A program made the position numbers and the translations under genes. Positions 12,101-24,200 of a DNA stretch of 64,000 bases are shown in pieces. Source of the stretch: Felis catus (taxonomy: Eukaryota). Under the pieces are notes generated by a model, which had not been told where the DNA came from, made no database searches, and saw only the letters and a list, made by a program, of their open reading frames with translations. Location: the NCBI RefSeq assembly GCF_018350175.1, contig NC_058368.1, forward strand, positions 28,088,001-28,152,000, in the 5' to 3' direction. How positions within the stretch are numbered: the stretch's first letter is position 1; each line of letters begins with the position of its first letter.

Positions 12101-15100
12101 CCAAGATGGAAGGACGCCAAGAAGAATCCGAGGGAATGGGCCTCCTCAGTTTACTTAGCTCAGACCCTCTGCCCTATCACATTTTCCCACTTCACCAAAC
12201 CTGGTATAAAAACCAATCAGGTTAGGGGCGCCTGGGTAGCTCAGTCGGTTGAGCGTCCGACTTCGGCTCAGGTCATGATCTTGCCCTCTGTGAGTTCGAG
12301 CCCCGCGTCAGGCTCTGTGCTGACAGCTCAGAACCTGGAGCGTGCTTCTGATTCTGTGTCTCCCTCTCTCTCTGCCCCTCTCCCCGCTCATGCACTGTCT
12401 CTCTCTCTCAAAAATAAATATACATTAAAAAATTTTTTTAAAAATCAGGTTAACCATTTCTTCAGGTCTTCATTTCTTTATGAAGTCTATATTCAATAAA
12501 TGTGTATGCTTTTCTCTTATTAATCTTTCTTTCATCAGTCTAATTTATGAAGTCCCAACTGGAGAACCTAAGTGGGTAGAGGGACTGACTACACCTGTCA
12601 AGAAATCCTTAGAGGGTGTTTTCCTCCCTGAAGTAGAAATTCTAAAAGGAGGTTTCCCTTCCCTGGGGATCTAGTGCCTAGTACCTGCCAGCAACCTGGA
12701 AAACCTGACAGAAAGCTGCCTTTGTTTTTAAGTTTTTATTTATTTATTGTTGAGAGAGAGAGAGAGAGATGGAGAGAGAGAATCCCACACAGTGCTGAGC
12801 CTTACATGGGGCTCGAACTCACGAACCAGATCATGACCTGAGCTGAAATCAAGAGTCAGAGGCTTATAATCGACTGAGCCACCCAGGCGTCCCAAAACAG
12901 GAGTCTTGACATCAGGAAATATGGTCTTGGAATTCCCAGGGTCTTCAGAAAATCACTGTCTCAGACTGGGCTGAGCCATGTTCAGGGCTTGGCTGGTCAA
13001 CCGCCCAAACTACAGCCTGCAGACCTTGGGCATGAGGGGCACCGTGTCTCCGGATGGAACACTGTCAAGCCCACTCCACACAGCAGGAGCCCCTCGGCTT
13101 CGTCAATTTTCTCAAGGATCGGATACTTTGCTACGTATATACCGACCACGGACCTTTCTTGAATGCCCCCTAATATTTTTAATTTTCAAGATTACAGGAA
13201 ACCTTCTAAAGGAGCACTGGTACTCCAGCCCAACTGACAATTCCATTTGTTGTCTAAGCAGTGCATTTACATTTATTTTCACCCACTTTAGTCCTCTACT
13301 GCTGTCGCACTAATTAGAGTATCTTAAAACGTGCAGTTCTTTATTCCCAAACCTTATCACTCAGACATCGCTTCTGGTTTCTTTGAATTCAGAAAGTTCT
13401 GATCATTTAATCCGGGGAAAACAGTACAAAGGATATCCCATCTCCTTCCCTCTGAACAAATTATTCAGATGAAAGAGATCTTTTTTAGAATGTTGTGTGT
13501 GATTTATCCTACTTTAAAGCCAGCTGTAAGTTAAAAAAAAAAAAAAAACGCACTCTCTGGATAAACATCCAGTGCATAGTGGATCATAAAGAAGTACAGG
13601 TAGTTGACATACCTCCCAGCAGGAAGCAGGAAGTTTCCAAGGTGAGGAAGTCAGGCAGAGGGTCCTCCTAAGGTCTCAGGTCTTTGCTAAGAGCCACAAG
13701 AGAGAAGCCACCGTCTGCTCCCCCAGGAAGACCAGCGATCTGCCTTCTCAGAAGACAGCGTGTTTAGCATCTATTACGTGCCAGGGACGGAAAGAATGGC
13801 CCCATGGTTTCTATCAACCATCCATGACAACTACGATCATTACCTATAAGCTACCAAGAAAACTCACATGAATGAATGAATTTATTTTAAGGTCACGCTG
13901 TAACAAGTAGGCTTTTCAGCAAAATTATGCATTTTTAGATAAGTGTAATTTGGACCTAAATTATGATAGCTTCATTTAACCCTTCAAAACAGGACAAGAA
14001 GGAAAGCAGGACTGCTGGTAGGCAGCCAAAGAAATTGCAGCCAAGTCAGGGACGAAAGAAAGCCTCTGACATACTGCCACCTAGCGGACGCCGTCCCGCA
14101 TTGACAAGCCTGGGATGCCGCAGCCAGGCTCTGCAGATTTGAAATTGCTGTCGCCCCCGCTCCAAAGTCTAAAAACAATAGAGATGAGGAGATTTCACAA
14201 CATGTTTTAATCTTCTCGTTGTGGTATTTTCCTATTTAGACTGCAAAACTCAGTTTCATCTTTGCTGTCGGAGTACGTCTGAACAGACAGGAAAACAACC
14301 GATACAAAAAAAAATTTTTTTTTAATTTCGACTTTTATTTCACTCATAGAGAAATGTTGTGATTTCACAATTTCTCCTCCAGGAAAGAAAGCGCACAAAG
14401 GATCGATGTGATTGTGTAACTGTGGTCTCTAGGATTGCTTCTTTTCAGCTTCTCCCGAGCTCAAGAGCCAAGAAGCACCCAACCCAGAGTGTGGCGGGGT
14501 AAATTTGAAGAGTATGGAGGACCGTGTCTTCAATCTGATGCAACAGGCTCTTTCAGACATCTTCTAACATATTTTAGGGTGTTTCGCCAAACCTGGGGAG
14601 GTGGGAGACATCCCAGAACTGGCTCGATCTTGACAAAGCCACTTAGGAGAGATTACACTCCATAAGAATAAATACAAATACCTATGAGTATTTTCAACTC
14701 CTTTGGGTAGTTAGGAGGATTTTGCTCCAGGTAATTTAAACATTTACAGCAAATGTTCAGCCCGCCTTTGAAAACTCAGTTGGACGACTGCCCCAAACAA
14801 GACTTTGAGAACATTCCAATCCGACAGTGAATGCTATCAAGTTGGTCTTATTTGCTTGATTGCAGTGTTTTATTATCTTACAAAATGATACAAGGAGATG
14901 TCAGCTCCCACCGGAGGACATTCCTAGCTTTAAAGATTCCCAGAAAAGGTCAAGTTGCTGGAGGCGGGGCGTCTCGGACTGAAAAATCCCACCTGTGCAT
15001 TGTGCTGTGAATTGTGCAATCCGTGTGGCGCCTGTCAGTCAGAGCACAGAAGAAGCAATTTGTACGGCCAGATGCCTCGGAAACCACTGGCACCAGCTCG

Positions 15101-18100
15101 TAGCTGGGGTCTCAGGTGGCTGCCTCCCTCTGCAGTACCAGCAGCAGCTGCAGGGACATCTGGCTGGTTGAACAAGGATTTAACACCCCGTTTGCCAGAT
15201 ATAATACAGGGTTCATACACTTGTTAACATATGTAATGCGTTCGTTTTAACATCTTAATGATACCCTTCATGTAATTCTTCTCCAACCTAGTTACAAGAA
15301 TGGTGTATTCATCAGCCGAGTTAGCACATGAATACCACACATGGGTTGTTTCTGAAAATGAATAGGTTTCCTATTCCTGCAGAGAAGTCCTGCAGACTTC
15401 CGCCTCCCTCGTGAAGCGCTCAGAGATCCATCCCCTTGGTGCCACCAAGTACAACTGCCTTCCTTCAAGCTTTCCTCCTTTCTCATCAGGATTAGGAGAA
15501 CAGCCTCCTACCTCTCTGCCAGGCTCTTGCTTTGCTCCAACTGATCTCTGCTGCTGGAGCAATCCTAAAGTACACGGAGGAGTATGTTCCCTCTCGGAAC
15601 ATCCCCCCGGGTGCTGCGCAAGGACGTCGGGGGCAAGCCCACAGGCCTCACCTGGGCTTACAAGGTCCCGTACGATGTCCTGGTGACCGCTCTGCGCTCT
15701 CTTGCTACTCCTCCCCAGGGCCCCCAGACCCCACCTCTGAGGCCACTCGGGACACCACCGGTGCCAGCCATGCAGAACTACTTCCAATCGGTCTCCACCG
15801 CGAGCATCCTGCCCTCCCCTCCATACAGACCTTGTCTCCAAGGGCTCTCCCAGAGAGACACGGCTCACCGTCTTATCAATAGCTCTTAATCCGTAAGGGT
15901 TTTATCGTCCATGTATTCTTGGTTTACAAGGTACAGAAAGAATACCCAGCTGTTGTGCACCAGCTAAGGAGACAGAATTAGTATGGTGTCTCAGCCTCTT
16001 GCTTTCAACCCCCCCCCCCCCCAAAGCTCACACCGACCTTCTAATCCACAGGATATGGGAGAACACGTTATACGCACCTGGATGGTGCTGGGGGCCCCTT
16101 AGTTCCTTAGTTGTCAGTGGTAACAACAGTCCAAAGACAGCCTCGAAGCAAAGAGCTTTAAGAGGAGGATCCCTTGAGTGTTGTCGCCTAAATATACGTT
16201 ATGAAGGGTACGGCACAGCCCGTGTTCCTCACCCTTCAGGTCCCAGGACAATGGGAGAGGAGCACGGGGGAGGGGGAAGGGCAGCTCTTGACCAGCCCCA
16301 CTGGGGACAGGGGGAGGAGGACCGGTGAGGGGGGCAGGTACACGGGGCGTTGGGGTCACCAATCCTGAAAGGAAGGGCCGTCTCTGATGTATTTGTAATT
16401 CTACATTTTGATCCCCCAGATTACTTATTTCTTAATATAAACTACTGATTTACAAAATTCACCCAGGGCCAAAGTTTACTCAACACGGATTCTATCCACA
16501 GCCCACAGCCCCGGCACCCCACCTCTTAACCGCCTCATTTGTTTGCCTCCTAACTAAATCAGCCACCGCCGTCCCCGTGACCACCTCTGGAAATTCTCAG
16601 CGAAGGACTTTACCAAGATGTGGGCTGGTCTCCTCCTCCCACCCGAGGACAGTCAGCGGGGGCTCGTTTCTCCCGAAAGAAATCTGCTGATTGGAAAAGA
16701 CACATCTTTGCAAACAGATAATGCTCTCCCCCCACCAAAGGGCTGGCGAAGAGTGTGCCCTTGTTTTCCTAAAAGAGAGTGATGCTTTCCTGGCAGCGCA
16801 CTGGCTATGCTGGGAATAGAAAATTAGTTTTTATTGTTTAACCTTCATGGCTTAAATGAGGAAGCTTCTGCTACAGTTAAAGGTCCCCTAGGGTTTTCAT
16901 AAAGTTGCCTTATGATAGCAATATTAGTCTTCATAAAGAGCCCAATTTCAAAATGTCTTGCACTATGGTACTCGTTTACAAAGTTTAATCGAAGGGCCTG
17001 GCAGAGTAACTGCCGTGTAGCGTCTTGGGCCAACCCTGCTATTTACCATGTCGCTGCTTTCCTCTGCCACTTGAAACAATAATGCCACCTTAACACTGGC
17101 AGAGCTTTGACATTCACTGAGCCTCGTGTCCTCGGAAGAAGGCGAACCCGCACAGACCCTCCCCAAAGTATCGGACGGCTAGGAATGCGACTCCGAGGGG
17201 CACAGAGGTCCCGGGCCAGCCACTGCGGACAAATAAGGCCAGGGAGGAAGGGGCGGGGTGGCCAGTCAAGGTCCTCCAGCCTCAAGGTCCTTTAACGTGT
17301 TCACGCCCCAAAGGTCGAAACTCCTCTCTGCAAGATGCAGGATAAGCATCAGGCTCAGGAGTGACTCCCGGCCCTTTGCGAATCTTCCTGAGCATGTGTA
17401 ATGTGGCCAGCTTCTGGCAACATCAAACAACTAGCCACCTGATGACACTAAGAGCAGGGATGAGCAGAGCCCGCTCACTTGTTCATTAAACTGGTTCTTC
17501 CTTCCACTGGGCACCTACTGTGTGCCTGTCACTGGGGAGGGAAACTAAACATCACACAGCCCCATCCTTGGCAAGTTCACGCCATGCTCCTGCGATGGAT
17601 GTAGTGAATGACAGAGGTGAATAACGAGGCCCTGGGCGAGCACAGGAGAAGCTCCTAACCCAAAGGTGGGCAGGCGGGCATCAGTAGGGGCCTGCTTTAG
17701 CAAGTAAGGACTGTGCTGAAATTTGAAAGACAATCAGAGAACTAACTACATAAGAAAGGCCTGGAATAGCATGTAAAAGACTAGGCGCAAACACCCATCT
17801 TTCATTCATCCATCCATCCGTTCCACAAAGTTTATTGATGGCCACTAGGGGCCAGGCATCCTGTGCGGTGCTGAGGATGCTGTGTTTCTGGGAGAGATAC
17901 CATCTGTGCCCTCACTTGCCTTGGATCACAGCAGGGAAGTAGAGTGGGGAAGGGCACAGCTAGGTTAGGAAGCTTCTGGCATTTTACTGTGGCGGGGCCT
18001 CTGAGCACAGGCTGAGCACAGAGTGATGGGACGGCATACAAGATAATGAGGCTGGAGAGGCAGGGGTGAGAATGAGGTTTCCAGAACATAAAAGAGTTGG

Positions 18101-21100
18101 TGTTATGTGTCCAGCAGCTCAGACTTTATCCTGTTGGTTTCAGGGGTCCTGTAGGACTACAGGATGGGGTGGCCACTTGCAGTGACCCAGGCAAGAAACA
18201 ATGACAGCGACACCTGCGTTAAGGTGACAATAACAGTGACTGGGTGGAGAGAAGTCACTGAAGGTTTTGTAAGGAGGCAGGACCCACAGGACGGGGGCGA
18301 GACGAAGAGTTGGTAATGGAGAGTGTAAGACCATCTTCTGGCTTGTGGTTGGGGTGATGGAGATGATGGTCTGGTCCTTCACCGTGAAAGGGTTCGATGA
18401 GATAAGAAGCAGGTACAGACACTGAGAGGAAGAGTTCCAGAGTCCTCCAAAACTTTCTGATGAATATGAGCCTCATGCTTTAGAGTTATTATCATTTTTA
18501 CTCCTATCACCACCACCACCATCACCACCCAAGGTTCTCAAAAGGTAAAGATTAGGGGTGAGGGAAGCACCCTAGTGATGAGGAAGCTAGGTGCAAACAA
18601 AACTCTCTCGGACCCGAAATCTCAAAAAGTTCAGGCAAACCTGTGTCATCATTTTGGCTACAGACTGCTCTCTGCAACTTTCAAAACCCACCTTTTCCAC
18701 CACACAGACTTGCTCCTACTTCTCAAATATAGTCACTTAAGTTCACCAAAGGCTTCCCTGTACCCCAGTGGCCCTCACCTCTTCTTAGGATGCTATCCTG
18801 GTCCCAGGTGCTATCTCCGTTCCCACCCTGAAGCCTTCCTTTAAAGACAGGCCAGCCCTTTCCAGGGGGGATTTCTGAAATCACAAAGTCTACTCCCGAA
18901 CTACCAACGCTTCTCATTTATTTTTTTAAACAAGGTCCCCAAGTGATTCTTAAGATCAGGCAGGTTTGGGAGACTGCTCTAGGGAACAACATTCTCTCCA
19001 CTTCCACAGGTTATATTTCCCCCAGGATGAGCCCCTTTGGGGGAGCAACCCAATCTATCCTTTGCCACTTCCCCTTCCAGCCAAGGACCCTCAGTTTTAT
19101 TCATTTCTAAAACTGTAGCTCAAGATCCCAAGCCACAAAATGAGATGCTGTCTTCCAGGCATGTCTTTCCTTACCAACTCCAAATATCTTTTCTTCCATC
19201 CTAGGGTACTTCTAGCACAAAGATAGGCCCTCCTCTCCTGGTGCCACTCACTGTTATTTCCTCTTGCAAACTCTTCTACCTTTTGCCCTGGGTCTCCCTG
19301 AGATTGAGCACACCATAGCCAATAGCCTATTGCTGGCTACAAGGCAGTAGATGGCCTTGGTTTTGTAGGAAAATTCTGTGGGTCTTACTTCAGCTTTCCC
19401 ATAACAACAGCTTTCATAAATGCTAGATATGATTGGGGTCGATGGAATTGCAGTTCCCAAAACTGTTATGGTGTAGATGAAATCCCATTGGAAAACCACT
19501 ACATGACTAACATCTTGATTTGGGAACACCAGTGCCCCCAAACCCCAAGTTTCCTTGTGGGTTTACAAGAAATTTTCTTGGGATACATACATACTCATAT
19601 ACAAAGGCAAAGCGATAATGAATGGGGTTTAATTTTTCCCCTTGCGTTTGTTATGTGTGTATTTCACGAAGAAACCAATTGAGATATAATGGCTATATAA
19701 CAACTGTCATGATTACAACTTCATAAATATTTAAGATCTACTCAAATTTTAATTGATTTCTTATGTACTTTAATTTTAAAGGTGCAAATAGTCTTCTTAT
19801 AATAATTGACATAGGAATTCTAAAGGATCACCTCTCTATTTGGAGAAAACAACCACTTAATCTGATAAACTTTTTGGCTTTAATGTTCTTGAATCCATAA
19901 AATCCACTAAAAACTGTGCAGATGACAGTCAAGGTTCATTCAAAGATCACAGATGTGGAGCTGTATATGCCTAAACAAACCTTTGAAAGTTCCTCCATAA
20001 GATGCATGCTGTTAAATCTACTTTTAAATTTCTCTCTCTCCTGGAATCCAGATAATCCTAAAGTACTTTAACTTTTAGAAAATGAAATCTTAGTCATTCA
20101 AATTTTTCATAGATTTATGTAACAAAGTCAACTCTGCTCATAGAGTGAGCCCACTCCTGCCTAAACAGGGTTTAGTGAGTATCGGAGACTGGTCACTGTC
20201 CCTTAGAATGAAGCCTCTCCTCTTCCCAGTTATGGGAAACCCCCTTCCTCAAGCCTGGGTGCAAATGGCAACTCATTTGCTGATACGGTGCAGCCTCCCT
20301 TGCAGCAAGATGTGGTCGTATGAGTAAGCCCCAGCCAACAGGATGCTGCTAGAAGTGACGGCATATAAGCTCCCAGGGACCACATTTGCCTTCTCTCTCT
20401 CCCTGGAAATATCAACAAATGGAAAAGCCAACCTGGACCAAGAGATGGCAGGTATGGAAGGTACCAGCTGAGGATGGGGGAGCCTCCCTGCTAGCCCTGG
20501 ACTGCTCACCCCGGATTATTGCACAAACTTCTGTCTTATTGAGTTATTGAGTGAGGGTTCTCTTTGTTACAACAATGTAGACTGTGCTATGTAACAATGA
20601 ATATTTCCTTAGGGATCAAAGCACTGAAAATCCGTGGGTACACCATTCTTTTTTTTATGTTGATTTATTTATTTTGAGAGAGAGAGAGAGAGAGAGCATG
20701 AGCAGGGGAGGGCCAGAGAGACAGGGAGAGAGAGAATCACAAGCAGGCTTCGCACTGTTCAGCACAGAGCCCGACCCAGGGCTCAGTCTCACAAACCATG
20801 AGATCATGGCCTGAGCTAAAACCAAGAGTCGCACGCTCAACCAACTGAACCACTCAGGCACTCCGAGGGTACACTGTTCTTAATATGAGGAGACAGTTTT
20901 ATTTACACTGTGAATCTTACAGGAGATGAGACCAAATATGCACTGATACTCAGGGAATAAAGTAAGAATTCCAGGTAAGAATTAATTGTTCAATAATGGT
21001 GATTCTGGTTTTACTCCCCATTTTCCACTAAGCTTTTGGAAGCTCAAAGTGGCTCAGTCAGTTGAGCGTCCCACTCCAGTTCAGGTCACGATCTCAGAGC

Positions 21101-21203
21101 TTGTGAGTTCGAGCCCCACGTTGGGCTCTGTGCTGATAGCTCAGAGCCTGGAGCGTGCTTCTGATTCTGTGTCTCCCTCTCTCTGCCCTTCCCCTGCTCA
21201 TAC

Positions 21204-21241
<38 letters not shown>

Positions 21242-24200
21242 AAAAATAAATAAACATTAAAAAAAAGAATATGCCAACAAGTTAGTTTATTGGTAGTCAT
21301 TACCATCTTTGGCTTTTCTGCAATGAAATTAGAGAGTTTTATAAAATGATACTTAAATAAGCCAGAGCCGTGTTTTCAGTTCACATTACAGGCCTGCCTC
21401 TAGGTAGTTTATAAGCTATGGAAAGGCAGAAACCTGAGGAAAGCATGTCTAAAGGAAGAAGCCTGGACGGAGATAAGTTTCAACAAAAATTATCTGTATT
21501 ACTGTATCTGTGTTGGAGCCTTATAGCCTCTGGCTATAATATTAATAATTATCCATTATAACATTGGTTAAGACATCAGATAAATGAGAACCAGGCTACT
21601 AACACTGTGGCTTTATGAGTTGGTCGATGACCCACGTTTATTTAAAAATCTTAGCTCAGAGTTCCAGAAGTCATTTATCATTTATTTGTTCTTTTCCTTC
21701 ATTCTTGAGACGACATTATGTGTGACGTAGTCAAAGGTGAGCAAAAGAGCTGCACTTCTTGTCCTGATGGAGCCTGCACCTTCGTTCCACGACCTCTAAA
21801 CACTTCTGATTATATGGCTTTTTGGGGGAAAATGTCTTAATGCTCCCAAACATTTATTTATTAATGTAAGTATTAAATAAAATAGTCCTGTATATTAGGT
21901 ACATTATAGAATAGTCACAGAAATGATTTAAAAGCTAGTATTAAAAAATCCATATACATGGAGGGGGCGCCCGGGTGGCTCAGTCAGTTAAGCGTCCAAC
22001 TCTTGATTTCGCTCTCCGCTCGTGATCTCGTCTCGGATCAAGCCCCACACTGGGCTCCACGCTGAGCAAGGAGTCTACTTAAGATTCTCTCTCCCTCTCT
22101 CTCTGAACCTCTCCCCCACTCACGCACACGCTCTCTCTCTCTCTCTCAAAATAAATAAATATTTAAAAAGAAACCTTAAAATAAATAAATAAAGTCATAT
22201 ATGTGTAAATCTTCATGCTGCCTTTCCACATCGGGGGGTGGGGGCGGGGGAGAGGGGTTATCTTGAATGCACTGAACAGCCCACATTAATCTCTCTCCTC
22301 CATATCATTCTTTCAAATACTTTTCAAAGTAAGTTTCAGGATGGTTTTTCACAAACAGGTACTCAATGGGAAATCAACAACTGGACACACTAAAATCGTA
22401 AGTCGAGTCACAGCCCCGAGTGCTCAGAATGTACATTTAGTGCATACACACGTGGTTTTCCACAGGGACCGGCCGGGACACCTAAGGACCAAGGGCCCCC
22501 CGCTCAGACCCGAGCTCACCACTCCACTCCTCAGGCTGGCAGAGGCCAGAAAGGCTGCCAAAGCTGGAAACAAGAATTGCTTTATAAATTGGACACCATA
22601 TTTGTACTAGTGTTTTCTTTATTGTCATAGACTGTTATGATAGACTTTGTAAATTGTGGTTGGTAGGGCTGGATCGCTAAGAGGCTTTCAGAGTTCTGTG
22701 CTAAAGGGGAAAAAAAGCCAAGAAAGCCCAGCCACAAACAAAAAAAAAGGGAGAAAAACAGCATTACTTGTCTGACCAAAGACAGGCTAGGTAAACACCG
22801 CTTTTGCACACATATAATGTAATATTGTGCTTATGTCTAGCATTTGTTACCACTGGATGGGTTGATCTTTCAATAATGATTGCAGCCTCACATGTAATTT
22901 TCTTTTACGGGTTCACTCAATATCTGTGTTAGAACTAAAACTGAGATACAGACCTACTTATGGACGCCTGATGCCTCCATTCTATTTTCAGCATCGGCAA
23001 GAGAAATGAGAAGCCTGATTATTTTGGCAGGATGTGGAGAATGTCATATTAACCAATAATCATCAAAGGACAACACAGCCGGCAAATCACTATTTGGCGA
23101 AAGTAAGAGAAGGCTGAGTCTTGGGGTACAGGAGAAGTTATGGCAAAGTGCCTAGCACGGTATGTGCACTTAATAAACGTGGCTTGATTCTTTTTTTTTT
23201 TTTTAATTTATTTTTGAGACAGAACGTGAGCGGGGGAGGGGCAGAGAGAGAGGGAGACACAGAATCCGAAGCAGGCTCCCAGCTCTGAGCGGTCAGCACA
23301 GAGCCCGACGCGGGGCTCGAACCCACAGACTGTGAGATCACGACCTGAGCCGAGGTCAGACGCTCAACCGACGGAGCCACCCGGGCACCCCAAACATGGC
23401 TTGATTCTAATCATACGGTATGGAGAACACCCATCTCCTTCCTAAACAGTCTCTTGTCTGGGGGAAGAAATGGCATTTTCCACCTCCAAACACACATTGG
23501 TATGTTATGACGGCTCCTTACTCTTTAAAAAGGATTGTCTGTGTGTAGCGTTATTACCCATGAATAATGGGTAAAACCTTATAGCACAGCAACAAAAAAT
23601 GCGCTATTAACAATAAAGTTCTACTCATCCTCTGAGTCATACTAATCTGTAAATACAATGCAAACTGTGTGCCTTTCATGAGAAGAGTTGATCATTCTTG
23701 TCTGCCCACAAATCTTTCTCCTTTGGCTTGCCAGCTACTGAAGCGCTAAGATGAGTTTTACTTATTTGGAACGAGGCACCATGTCTCCAACAGGCTCCTA
23801 AAGTAGTGAAAATTCTGCCATTGTTGCTCATTTTAAGTACAGACTGGCTTGTCCTACTATCTAGGCAGTCACTTGGAAAGCTCAAAGGAAATGGGACAGT
23901 GAGCAGGTAAGTTCTGAGGGGGCAGCTGGGGGCAGAAAAGTCCACCGGAGCTGCGGAAGGCGTGGGACTGCCAGAGAGTAGACAGTAGCCATTGGCCACC
24001 CAATACTTTCTCCAGCTGGGATTTGTTTTCACCTTGGACATGAAGTAAGGCTATCACTTTTCAAAAATAGTAAACAAATCCTCCCAGTACTAGTTTTGAA
24101 TAATTCAAGCGATGCCCACTTATTTAAAACAATGTTATATTATACTAAATTGAATACACACATGCACACCTCCAGTAAGGTCTACTTTGAGGTGTTTGGT

